64,000 nucleotides of DNA from Octopus vulgaris (Eukaryota). Below the pieces are notes generated by a model. It was not told the origin of the DNA. It ran no database searches and saw only the letters and a program-made list of their open reading frames with translations. The stretch is from contig OX597823.1 in the NCBI GenBank assembly GCA_951406725.2, forward strand, positions 54,374,001 to 54,438,000, given 5' to 3'. Position 1 is the stretch's first letter; each line of letters opens with the position of its first letter. Positions 52,151 to 64,000 of this stretch are shown here, piece after piece. A program made the translations under genes and the position numbers.

Positions 52151-52705
52151 TCATCATCACCATCATTTAATGCCTATTTTCCATGCTGGCATGGTGTGTA
52201 TTTATATTGATGAATACATGTATTTTCCCCATCCACTTTTCAAAAATTGTCCCACATTAACACAGGCATACATATTTAGGAACATACTGAATGCTGAAAT
52301 ATCAAAAACAGAAATGTCTCATACTGGAAATGTTTATTTTTTTAAAATATATATTTTGTCTTTCTTAAATCATTTGTATTTTCTGTTTACATGGTTTTTA
52401 TCATGTAATTCAGTGACAGAAATAAAAAAAAAAGCCAATACAAATTTAACTCCTTTTAAAGATGAACATTTTCAAGGCATTTTGGCAGTGATATTTAGAT
52501 ATGAACCAAAGTAACTTAATTGTGGATAATAAACTCCACAGACTTTTTTCGACATTCCTTCCATAAGTCCTACATATAACTTAATAGATGTGTGAATCAC
52601 TAATTTTTGATGACACAGGCTTAGAAGTAATTTAATAAAGTAATAATTGGAGAAATCTTGTCTCGTATTTAATTCTCCTTGGGTCCAATCTTTCAAGATA
52701 TTTAA

Positions 52706-52925
52706 TCCTTTAGCATTTAGATTATTCCGTCAAATGTAATTCTTATTTATTCACATTGTTTTGAATTAATAATGCATTATCTTGTAGCTTCAAGATTTCA
52801 ATGATGTGATCATTTCTTCTTAGAATGACATTGTAAGGTAGGTGTGAAAAGCCAGATCTGGCTGATTTGAACATAAAACAGGTAAAATATCTGGGCTAGA
52901 TATGGTTGGTTTAAATGCTAAAGTG
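52706..52925 (+). mobile_element. piggyBac-type MITE
   Basis: TTAA on both sides; same body as 36888-37108. Confidence 0.8.
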
Positions 52926-53654
52926 TTAAATATAAATTAAGTTATTCTTATTATAGAACTTTTGATTAATTTCTTTTAAAATACTGCCACTTTTGATGAC
53001 ACAGGTATACTAGTACTTACAAAAACTGAAATCTGAGATAATTGAAAATAAAAAAGTCTAAAAGACTGAAATGCAAACACAAATCAAAAATTTCAATATA
53101 TACTGAAGTTTTTATTTATCCAAATACAATTTAAAATAAATTAATTTATCCAAATTCAAATTTTTATTCAAACAAATTAGTTTGTGTATGTATGTGTTTT
53201 TTTTTTAAAATTTTGTCTTGAGTTCAAATTACAATTTTAGTTAGAGTTTTCTTTTTCCAAGTTCAAGTCACTGGAGATGTGGCTTTTTTTTCTTCATTTT
53301 ATCAATCACAAACTCATAAAATAAACACCAGTACTTTGCTGGGTGAAGTCAACTGCTTACATATTCTTTCTCCCAATCATCCTCACAATTAATAAGAAAT
53401 TCTGTATTTCGTGTGTGTGAGTACATGCATCTGGTTATTATATATTCTTTTTACAGACTTTCAGAATCCACTAAATCAGGATATTTTTGTAGCAAGAAGT
53501 AGGCCAGAAACAAATCTCTACATGGGATAGAGTGTTGACCTATAGCATAACATTTCCTATGGGAAGATATGAATTTGGTACTACATGCTAATAAAACATG
53601 TTTACAGAGTTGTAACTACTTACAGAACTCATAATTTGAAGGGGAAAAAAATTT

Positions 53655-53833
53655 AAAATGCTAAATTCAGCATAATAAGAGCGCTGGTCTACTGATTAAT
53701 CTGATGTCCCTGGATGATGGAGAATTGGTAAAACTCTTTAGAGGTGAAATTTGAAAGAATCTTTAAAAATCCTTGCCAGGGCATCAGATTAGTCAGCAGG
53801 CCAGAGCTCTTATTATGCTGAGATCAGCATTTT
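53655..53833. repeat. Inverted repeat (~58 bp arms, ~62 nt spacer)
   Basis: AAAATGCT..TCAGCATAATAAGAGC..TAATCTGATG..CCCTGG versus CCAGGGCATCAGATTAG..GCTCTTATTATGCTGA..AGCATTTT. Confidence 0.85.
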
Positions 53834-55420
53834 GGTCTTCTGTTTTTTTGCCTCTATTCACCAAGCTGTTCTTATTCCCTCTAATCACAGGGTGGCAAAT
53901 TATTTACAACCAGATGGAACAAGCCAGGAACATTATTGCTCCAGTGATCTGATACAAACCACTGACTTTTTGATTGACCATTTGTACTCTCCTGCTGGTT
54001 CTGTCTAAAATGTGTTAAACAATACAAAAGTGTATGGAATACTCGACCACTTTATATTTCAATGACTCAGTGGTTCTGTTCGAACAACTAGAATGCGTTT
54101 CATCAAAATCAGTGACAGATCCATTTACACACTTCATGCCCCTTTACATATCTGTACAAAAACACAAGAATGCTCAACAGTCTTGTGGTAGAGGTGTGTA
54201 AATATCTGTGGACAGAATTTTGTGAAGTAACTGGAGAAAGATTAAAAGTGTATGTGTGCATGTGTGTGTGAGAGGGAAAGAGAAAAAGAGATTAGTATCA
54301 GACCAGTGATCAAAGAAAGGCATCTCAGCTGTGATCTTCCTGTCTTTTATTTTGGCATAGTGTATATCGGACAACATTTACATCCAATATGTTGCTTTTT
54401 TTTTTTATCATATTATGGCAGGGTGTGATGCAGGGGAGATTTGGCTTGTATCTTAAGGACAAGTCAAGTGACCACATCGAAGCTCCCTCTACCTCTGTTA
54501 AAGTGAGAGCATCAGTATGGTGGTAGTGTTGTGAACAATCATCTCAAAACACATTACATATTAACAGTATAATTTATCACATATCACAGTCTATAGCAAT
54601 ATTTGCTCGCCTGTTCTTGTTTCAACATTCAAGATAGAAATAAAACATAGACATAACTGGCTTTTCATTTTTCTTTTGTAGACTATTTAGTCTAAAGAGG
54701 TATAAAAAGAACAGACTGAAGATCAAAGATGAAAATTATGATGATGATGATGACAGTAAGACTGCATATTAGAATTGTACATATACTGTACAGTCTGTTT
54801 GGAATGTATATAGATACAGAAGAAATATTTAGTTATTCATGTATAAACACACACACACACACAGATATATATATATATAATATTCACATTGGGAAGTACA
54901 AATGTAGTATATAATTCATTTATATTGAGAAAATAGGTAGTAATGAGTGAGCGATCAACTTCTTATGTGTGTATATACTTGAGAGTATAGATAGAAGTGA
55001 AAGTACTCATTACAAGAAATAGAGTTCTATTTGTTTAAAGCAAAAATTATTCACTTTACTACTCCTTCAGGTTATTCAACTTTATGCATTATATATAAAT
55101 GAAAAACTTGGAGTAGCAAGAGAGTGAACTTTCAGCATCAGGTGAAGTGTGTGAGTGAAAGAGAGAAGTTTGCTTGGATTACTCTGAGAAAATATACTAA
55201 TATGCATTATTGTCTAAGTCTAAAAAAAAAAAAAAATTGTACAGAACGTGTCCACAATGTAAATGGGTGCAAAGAACATGTTGGTAAATTCTAAGATAGG
55301 GGACAGAAAAGCATTTATGAGGATATCTGCAGTTAATATTTTGCAGAGCAAATAACAGTCCCTAAGCTAGCCAGCTATCCATTTATTCATTCACATACAC
55401 ACATATATATATATATATAT

Positions 55421-55795
55421 ACTCTTTTACTTGTTTCAGTCATTTGACTGTGGCCATACTAGAGCACTGCCCTTAGTCGAGCAAATCAACCCCATGACTT
55501 ATTCTTTGTAAGCCTAGTACTTATTCCATCGGTCTCTTTTACCGAACCACTAAGTTACAGGGACGTAAATGCACCAGCATTGATTGTCAAGCAATGTTGG
55601 GGGGACCAACACAGACACACAAACATATATATATACACATATATCCGACAGGATTCTTTCAGTTTCTGTCTACCAAACCACTCACAAGGCTTTGATCAGC
55701 CCAAAGCTATAGTAGAAGACACTTGCCCAAGGTGCCACACAGTGGGACTGAACCCGGAACCATGTGGTTGGTAAGCAAGCTACTTACCACACAGC
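55421..55795 (-). mobile_element. SINE family A, near full length
   Basis: Near-identical to 4515-4930. Confidence 0.85.
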
Positions 55796-55950
55796 TATAT
55801 ATATGTATGTATATGTATATATATATAACTGTTTTGACCAGACTGTCAGATGTTTCTGTACACTGCTGGTCACAATGCTCTTCTCATTATTATAGCTTTT
55901 GAGTGATGCCACCATACTGGATAGGTAAGCCAACATTACCCTTGAATGGA

Positions 55951-56062
55951 AAAACAACAGCAGTCAGCAGAGATAGATAAACATACTATTTGCATCATCA
56001 ATGGAGAGATGTATATCTACAAAGAGTTGAACTCAACACTGTTAAGTTAACAACATATCCAT
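55951..56062 (+). repeat. Direct repeat copy 1 (~110 bp)
   Basis: ACAGCAGTCAG..AGAGATAGATAAACATACTATTTG..ATCATCAATGGAGAGATGTATA..GTTGAACTCAACACTGTTAAG repeated at 57384-57492. Confidence 0.9.
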
Positions 56063-57383
56063 TGCAGGGTTTCTTTAAATTTATATACTGCCAACAGAAA
56101 TACAGCAATAAACATGGAGAAGGTATTACTTAGTTAATTGTAGACACTTTGGAAGACTACATCATTGCTCTGAGTGATTGTAGGGTGCAATCATATGACA
56201 AGGGTGCTGATATGATTGAAAGTACTATGATACTAAAGTTAAATGTTAACATTTACTGTTGAGTGGATTGGAGCAATGTGAAATTGTTTTGCTCAAGAAC
56301 ACAGTGCACTTCTGGTTTGGGAATTGAAACCATGGTCTTGTGATTGTAGGACTCTTATCAGTAGGCCATGTACCTTCACATGCACACACACATACATATG
56401 CAAAAGTGTGCAGTGTGCAGTATGAAAAGGACAAAGACAAAATCAGGAAACTAAACTGACACAGCAATAAAAAAAGATTTAAGAATGAAGAGAGAAAGGA
56501 GAAATGGAATGTTTTAAGCCCACCATTTATGAAGAAAACAGGACAATAAAATAATTCATCGCTCAACAAATTACAACATGGTTTTGAATACTTGAGGGAT
56601 AATTGGGTTCGGCTGCTCTGCATTGATAAGGGGCAAATACCCTGAACTAGTCTGCAGATGCCAGACCAGCAAGGGGAAGCGGCTGACCTCCCCTGTTCAA
56701 AGGTTATAATGAACACAGGTTCGTGTGTCACATAGCTAGCTAGAGGCGATGGCCTCTTGGAGCTGATCAATGGCAGCATTTGTCCTATATTTCTGGACTG
56801 CTATATTAGCTTGGCGATAACTATTAATATTGAGCAGTGGTTGATAGCTAGAAGTAGAGGTAGAATAAGATGATTAAAAATAAGAACAGGGACAGAACAT
56901 AAAATCAAGATGTAGCCAGCTTTTGGATTTTAAATTTGACAGAAATGTAAATAGTCTTACAACTCAGATAGGACATGAAATGTGCAGGGAGTTCATGTAA
57001 GGAGAGCTAATTCTGCAAATTAATGCCAATGAATATGACTAGCAGTATTTTCATGTAACTAGGTCTTATGCCCATATAACTGATGTCTGCCAATCTCGCA
57101 AAACATGTGTACATTATATAAAGCATTAATACTTACTATGTTTACTGTGTTATTTTCTATATGTGACGAGCTGATTGCATTCTAGCCTAATCTGGAGTTA
57201 TATGGTCTAACCACACTGGGCATAAAAGTTGAGTGTAGAATAGACCTACTGAATGCACATGTTACCATTTGGTAACAGGTTGGGCCTTTTGATCAGCAGA
57301 ATGTAAAGATTTTTAACTCAACAGTTCAACAGAAAAAGGGAGCAAAACAGGAAGTGATAAGAAAAGTAATCTGTTTTCTGAGA

Positions 57384-57492
57384 AAAATAACAGCAGTCAG
57401 AAGAGATAGATAAACATACTATTTGTATCATCAATGGAGAGATGTATACCTAGAGAAAGTTGAACTCAACACTGTTAAGCTAACATATCCAT
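57384..57492 (+). repeat. Direct repeat copy 2
   Basis: See 55951-56062. Confidence 0.9.
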
Positions 57493-59497
57493 CAAGTTTA
57501 CAGGGCTGTTGTCAGTACTTAAAAAGAACACTGACTGAACTATTGAGAGGTAAACCATTCAGAAGTGGAAGAATCTGGTCTGTCATAAAAAAAAAAAAGT
57601 AGGGAAAATCTAATTTTGGGGGCAATGTTTTATGATGGTACAGAACAAATAAGGAATGAGGAAGGAAAAAAATGTATTTATTGTTGGAGAATTTCATTCT
57701 CTGACAGAGTACAGCATGAAATGTAAGGCTTTCTTGCTTCCTAATAGCAAACTAATTTAATCCCATTTTAGAACTGTTTATACATGCTAATTACTGAAGC
57801 AAGCCACCACTAGCTTCTTTAGGTGCAATGTTATCTCAGCTGATTAGCATAAATACTCACAGACCATTTCCAGCCTCTGGTTTACAAATGTGCTATCTCC
57901 TGTCTCAGCCTTTTCTACAATTACTACTTCTATGGTGGTATGTTTTCTGGAGTTTGTTGGTCTTATCTCTCCTTTTGCATTAACCTCTACGTTTCAGTCC
58001 TTCCACCCCAGAACTCCATCCCTGCAGATATTGACCTGCAACAGTTTCAGCAGAACATTAACAACAGTATCAATCTCACCGGTCTCACAGGACTTGAAAA
58101 AGGCTATAGTCTATGTTATTTTACCCCACCAGACCTAGCAAGTAATAAAATACAAAAAAAGGTTACTACTATTTAGGAGGTCAGGGTAGTTGTGAGTTAA
58201 GTATGTAGGTCAGTGATCACAGACACTTGCATAATACTAGTGACTGAATAGGAACTAAATGCTTAATATATCCCTATGTTGTGGTTCATGGAAGAAGCAC
58301 ACAAATGCATATGTTCAGTACAACCTGTCTAAAGCATACAAAAATCGTTTACACATTAAGTACAAGCCAGTACTTATCACAGTGAAACTTCATATGTATA
58401 TAAAACAGGTAAAAATGAACAGTACAAATAAAACATTCTAAGACTATGGTGGTTTATGTCAGTAAAAATTAATCAATAGTAGAGTGATGTTTTTAGTGTA
58501 TTCAATCTTTCATTCAAACACTGATAAAGTTACATTGTTGCTACTCTGAGTTTCTTGCTTGTAAACATTCAATTGTTATCTGAATGAATGTACAAAAACA
58601 AAAGAAAAAAAACTGAGATTAGAGATAGTAAATGTGCAGCTTCAAACAAATTATATATACACACACATATATTGGCATTGTATAAAGCCACAACAGAAAG
58701 GCAATGTATTAGTACTATACTAGTTGATTGTACTGTAAGTCATTAACTTTGCTGAATAGTATTATTGTAGTAGGTCTGTATCGAGTTGAATTACAAATGC
58801 ATTTCTCACATTTCGTTCCATCCTAAGATCAATGTTGTAACCAAAGCTTACAAATTTATGAAATTCATTGTAAAAATATAAGAACATATTATTAAATAAT
58901 GTATCTAAGCTGATCTGTAATCCATTTGGTCCTTGGATCAATACCATTGGAAATATTTAATGTTCATAATTTAGAGGTGTCATTGACCAATAAGTTCTTT
59001 ACCCACAGGTCATTTCTGATCCGGCAGGATCAAAAGTATTTCATCCATGATTCTCCTGCCTTTCTTTCACTCTTTCCCACAAAAAGATCAATTTGGCTGT
59101 GAATTCTAGCTGGTATAGTTCTAGGCCATTCCTAATTAAGCAGACCTATGATCACACACATTCCAGCTATATACACACCATCTTTTTGTATATCTTGGAC
59201 ACAATCTTATATGCTTTACTGTTTTCTTTTTAATATGGTAGAGTTGTGATTAGAGGGAGATTGGATTCCTATTTCTAGCACATCTAACACTGAGAGCCTT
59301 TGCTAGTTTGAAACAGATGAAGTTGACCAGCTGATACATAACTTCAGTGGTACAACACTTTAATTCATAGAAATAGATACATACTTTTCAGCAACCCAGT
59401 CTGCTGAGCTTTAAGTAGGTACCACATAGTAGTAGTAGTAGTATAGCTTAATATGGACTGTAAAACATCTAATGTAAAGTTTTTTAATTATCCTTAA

Positions 59498-59674
59498 ACT
59501 TTTTTGCATTTAAACTGGTCATATACAGCCTCTCACACTTACCTTACAGTGTCATTATAAAAATAAACAATCACATCATCAAAATCTTGAAGCTTCTAGA
59601 TACTGCATGATTAATTAAAAACAATGTGAATAAATAAGCATTACATTTGACAGAGTAATCTGAATACTAAAGGG
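59498..59674 (-). mobile_element. piggyBac-type MITE, internally deleted, inverted
   Basis: TTAA flanks; ..GTAATCTGAATACTAAAGGG|TTAA. Confidence 0.72.
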
Positions 59675-62600
59675 TTAATTAAATTTGGATGGTGAAAACA
59701 AGTGAGCTGTATGGTTGCATGATCTGCAAAAAATAGCAGCCAAATCTCCTTCAAAGACAACCTTACAGTCTTTTTTGTTTTTAAAGAAAAATGTATGTAT
59801 TCTTAGACTTAAAACAGATAGTAAGGTTAGGGTTGGAATACCTTTGACCATAAATCTGTTGAATCAAGACTTAGGGCTGATCAACAAGACTTTAAATTTT
59901 CATCTTAATAAGAAAGTAGCAAAAAGTAAAAAAAAAAAACAAAACAAAAAAAAAATACACAACAAAATAACAAAAAAGATACCAAAAAAAACTGTTAAAA
60001 AGTAATTAAAATCTCTTTAATTTCCTCTTTTAAATATTTAAATTCAAATATTAACATCTTGGAATATAAACAACACCGTCTATTCTTCAATTTTTTCTTT
60101 CTTTTTTCTTAAAATAACCACATTCTGGGATGGACACACACACAATCATTCACAAATGCAAAGCATATATTTCGTAATTATCTGGAATATCTGTTATAGA
60201 CAGCAGTAAATACACCACTATATAATTCTCCTTAACTTACTTTAGTTTTATTAAAAAAAATAAAATTTGAACCTTTCCCCAAAACATGGGTTAATTGATA
60301 ATAATTAAGTAAATTGACTTTAGTACATGATTACTGTTTTATTAGGTCAATTCCTGAGATGAAAGGCAAAGTTGACTACAGCAGAATTTGAACTCATACA
60401 CACACTGCAAATCCACATCCCTTGATTTCTAAGCCAGGAATGAAGCCAGAAATTTTACTGGGGTGAACAGGGACAGTTGATTATATCAATCCTGGTATTT
60501 AACAGGTGGTTCACTGACCCCAGAAGAATAAAAGGCTAAAGCTGACCTCAGTGGGATATGAATGATCTCAGAAAAAAAAAAAGAAAAAAAAAAGAATAAA
60601 AACTGAATGGTTCAGGGTGAAGCCAAACCATTTTCCCTTAGACATAAGGGCCAGAAATTGATCCCTAGTAACTTGAGTGGTTACTTTACTTATTGACAAT
60701 GAAAGGATGAAAGGCAAAGTTGACCTTAGAGAGATTTGATTTCAGAATGTAAAGAGCGGTAACAAATACCACAAGGTATTTTTTTTAATGCTCTAACAAT
60801 TCTGCCAATCTGGTAACAACAATCTCAAAGAATGAATCTTGGAGAGTAAGGAATATAAAAAAAAATATTAAAAAACGTTTTTAAAATCACAGAAATCTCA
60901 ATTTTTCCAAAGCCTTCTCCTTTGATCCAGTCACACCATTGAATACATGTGTTTGTATGTACATACATTCATGTGTATTATATATCTGTGTGTGTGTGTG
61001 TGCATTTGAAAGACAAAGGAGGAGGTGTGGTAAACAGATATTATACATCATAAGTAAGAAGTAAAATTAGGAGATCAATGGATGAAGGAAGGATAAACCA
61101 ACCTACCAAGTTTACAAGAATGCATAGCTTTCTTAGAGATTCAGGTTTCAACAACCAATTTCAAAGATGAGCAAGTTTGGTTCATGTTTTATACATTACT
61201 CTAAGTAACTGGAAACTCCTCACTCCCATATACAGACACACACATACACACCAGATCACACAGAATTCCTATCTGCTTTTTTTCTTTTCTAAGTTTTATC
61301 CTTTCTTCTTCATTGTTCTCTTTACCTCTAACTGACAACACTACTAGCATTGCCAAAATGACTTGGAGTGAATTCTTACACAGACACCAGGCCAGCCTTG
61401 CAAGACCTCAGTTGGTGGGAAGGACGGGAGGAGTGAAATGAAATGCAAGCTATTCTTATATTTGTTTCAGTCATTAGACTGAGGACGTGCTGGGGTACCA
61501 CCTTGAAGAATTTTAGTCAAACAAATTGACCCCAGTATTTATTCTTTAAACCTGGTATCTTATTCTGCCAGTCCCTTTTGCCAAACTGTTAAATTACAGG
61601 GACATAAATACACTACCACCAGTTGTCAAGTGGTGGTATGGGAAAGACAGACACACACTATATATATATATATGATGAGCTTCTTTCAGTTTCCAACAAC
61701 CAAATCTATTCAAAAGGCTTTGGTTGGTCTGAGGTTGTAGTAGAAGACACTTGCTTAAGATATCATGTAGTGGTACTGAACCCAGAACCATGTGGTTGGG
61801 AAGCAAGCTACTTACCACACAGCTGCACCATCCTCCATGCATTCCTTAAGAACATTAATGTTGTCTGTGCCATACTTCACTGACTTCCCACCACACCTAT
61901 GATAATAATTTCTGAAGTCTAAAATTTTGTGTACAAGGTATAGTTAATTAAATCCATCTCTAGTACTCAAATGGTACTTTGTTTAATTGACCCTTTCTGC
62001 TAGAAAGTTGAAAGGCAAAGTCCACTTCAACAAGATTCAAAGTCAGAACCTGAAAGGATGCAATTATTAACCTTGGACATTTTGTTGTTCTGTCGATTCT
62101 ACCGATCCATCTCTACTCTGCAACCAACCAACCTGTTATGATATTATTACTGATATCTTACAAATGACAGTGTGATGAAGAGGTTCTGTGTGAAATTCCT
62201 GTCAGTTTTTGTTTCAATAGTTAAACCTCTTCACAGTTCAGTCAAACAATTCTTTCATATGCACATGGTCACCCAGACTTATGAGACTGTGTGCTGTGTG
62301 CCTAAATATATACCCTGTGACAATTGTCACAATTCAACCCTTTTAAATTTATATCATAAATGAGATATGCTAAAATACAATCTTGAAACCTTCCCTTCAT
62401 AAGTCACAGGTGTGGGTGGGTCACAGAATGTAACTTATAGCAATATATGTAGGTGTGTGTGTATGTATGTATGCATGTGTGTATATATATATATATATAT
62501 ACACACACATGCCACACCTGGAACCTACCCTGTGTTGGCTGTATGGTACATATGTGTATATATTTGTGCATGTGTGTGTACTCACACACTCTCACACATA

Positions 62601-62713
62601 CAGTATAATGCCAACAAATAACTGTGATCTCAATACCAAATACCCAGTCATTCCTGGTGTCCTACTTGATATACCTAAATTCTAATGAATCCTGTAACTG
62701 ATATATATGTATG

Positions 62714-62767
<54 letters not shown>

Positions 62768-63456
62768 CACACACACACACACACAATATAAAACTGTACC
62801 TACAGGTTAGGGTAGGGAGGTTGGTTGGTACTGCAAATTAACCCAGTAAAGCAATCAAGTTTCAAAGCAGTGCTCCTACTTTTTAAGCAACTACCCTTTA
62901 TCTAGACAAGATGAGTCATTCACTTCTCTGTAGGTTGTAAACACAGTATCTAGCTACACAGTAAGATCCTAAAGTCTTGGCTGTGGGTACAGTGCAGTGC
63001 TGGTGGGCAAAATATAAACTGATAATCCTACACAATTGATTACCTGACATTTTACCATCTAAACCCTCTTAACTCTATTATTTTATTGTTACATTTATAA
63101 CAAAAATAAAGTCAGAAAGAAGAAAAAGTTGGATGACTTTGTTTTTTTTTTTTTACATTGGATTTTCTTTTTGTTATTTGTTTGTAGGGAGAGTGGGAGT
63201 TTCTCTTACTTTTTTCTTTGTCTTTTTTCTTTTTACAAAATTGTTTCTCTCTCACTGGCATAGCAAATAAGTAGGGTGGCGATGATGATGATGATGATGA
63301 TAATGTTGGTGATGATGATAATATTAGTGATGATGATAATGATGATGATTAACAGAGGGAAAAATATTTTTATGGACCTTTTTTTTTTAGCGGGAGTGGT
63401 GTACTGAAAAAAAATATGGGGTAGGGGAACAAAACAGGCGGTTAAAAAAGGTTCCA

Positions 63457-63558
63457 TCACAATATCATATCCTCATCACTGTCGTCATGATATGTTATGT
63501 TGTGTTCATCTTCCATGACCAGCAGACCTTCATCATCACCATCATCTATTTGAGGCAC
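63457..63558 (-). CDS. Terminal coding exon of a lysosomal sorting receptor (CI-MPR/IGF2R-like or sortilin-like cytoplasmic tail); upstream exons lie beyond the window
   Basis: Minus-strand TTTTCTTGCAG|GTG acceptor; VPQIDDGDDEGLLVMEDEHNITYHDDSDEDMIL*. HDDSDED-hydrophobic matches the C-termini of vertebrate CI-MPR (FHDDSDEDLL) and sortilin (YHDDSDEDLL). Confidence 0.8.
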   Translation of the reverse strand: MPQIDDGDDEGLLVMEDEHNITYHDDSDEDMIL

Positions 63559-64000
63559 CTGCAAGAAAATAAATAAATAAATTAATAATTGTGGAAATGG
63601 GACAATAATTAGGTGGTACATGTAAAGCAATTCTGATATATTATAGTGTACAATAGACAAAACCATCTAACTAAAATAAGTCAGAGACCATGGTCCAGGA
63701 AAGAGATGGTAAATGCTTTTATTTTTCATTCCCTTCGAGAATTTATCCCTAATTAGTGGTTTGGACTTTAGCAGTTCTTTCTAGTGTAAAGGATTCCTAT
63801 GATGGAAACCTCTTAATGTGTTTAAATGTACACTGTATTTTATATATCTATATAATTTAGAGAAAAACCTCTATTAAGCAATTCAATAGTGAAATACATT
63901 ATTCACACCATATACAAAAAATTGAATATACTACAAAAAACATTATTTTAAAAATCAATAAAGTACATAATAAATAAATATTAAATAAAAAATATAAAAC

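Noticed and set aside
56246-56779. 177-aa minus-strand ORF
   Set aside because: No recognisable domain; the distal half runs through low-complexity and SINE sequence.
57960-58176. Exon-like segment (TTTCAG acceptor, open frame LPPQNSIPADIDLQQ...)
   Set aside because: Another frame reads QSFHPRTPSLQIL..DLKKA, resembling the LINE RT motif QxGFRPxRS..DLxKAFD, so it is more likely a decayed retroelement; no partner exons found.

Overview
AT-rich, repeat-dense animal genomic DNA. The SINE families and microsatellite load suggest an octopod cephalopod (inference, no search run). Most entries in the ORF track are microsatellite or SINE artefacts. There are two real genes, converging tail to tail. 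(1) A + strand Rab32/Rab38-family GTPase with five clear coding exons (15397-15522, 17942-18020, 21637-21818, 33879-34022, 37594-37707; 214 codons, WDIAGQE, ending CCR) and a candidate first exon at 8411-8434. Its intron 15523-17941 is a textbook U12 (minor spliceosome) GT-AG intron. (2) The last coding exon of a - strand lysosomal sorting receptor (63457-63558, ending YHDDSDEDMIL; CI-MPR/IGF2R-like or sortilin-like). Introns and intergenic DNA hold a Penelope-like element with GIY-YIG endonuclease, RTE and R4/Dong LINE fragments, piggyBac and Gypsy remnants, hAT and piggyBac MITEs, Helitron/Helentron-type elements and several SINE families. The most unusual signal is about eight minimal type-I hammerhead ribozyme motifs, several built into long fold-back elements. 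One fold-back family shares its ribozyme stem II with the Penelope copy.
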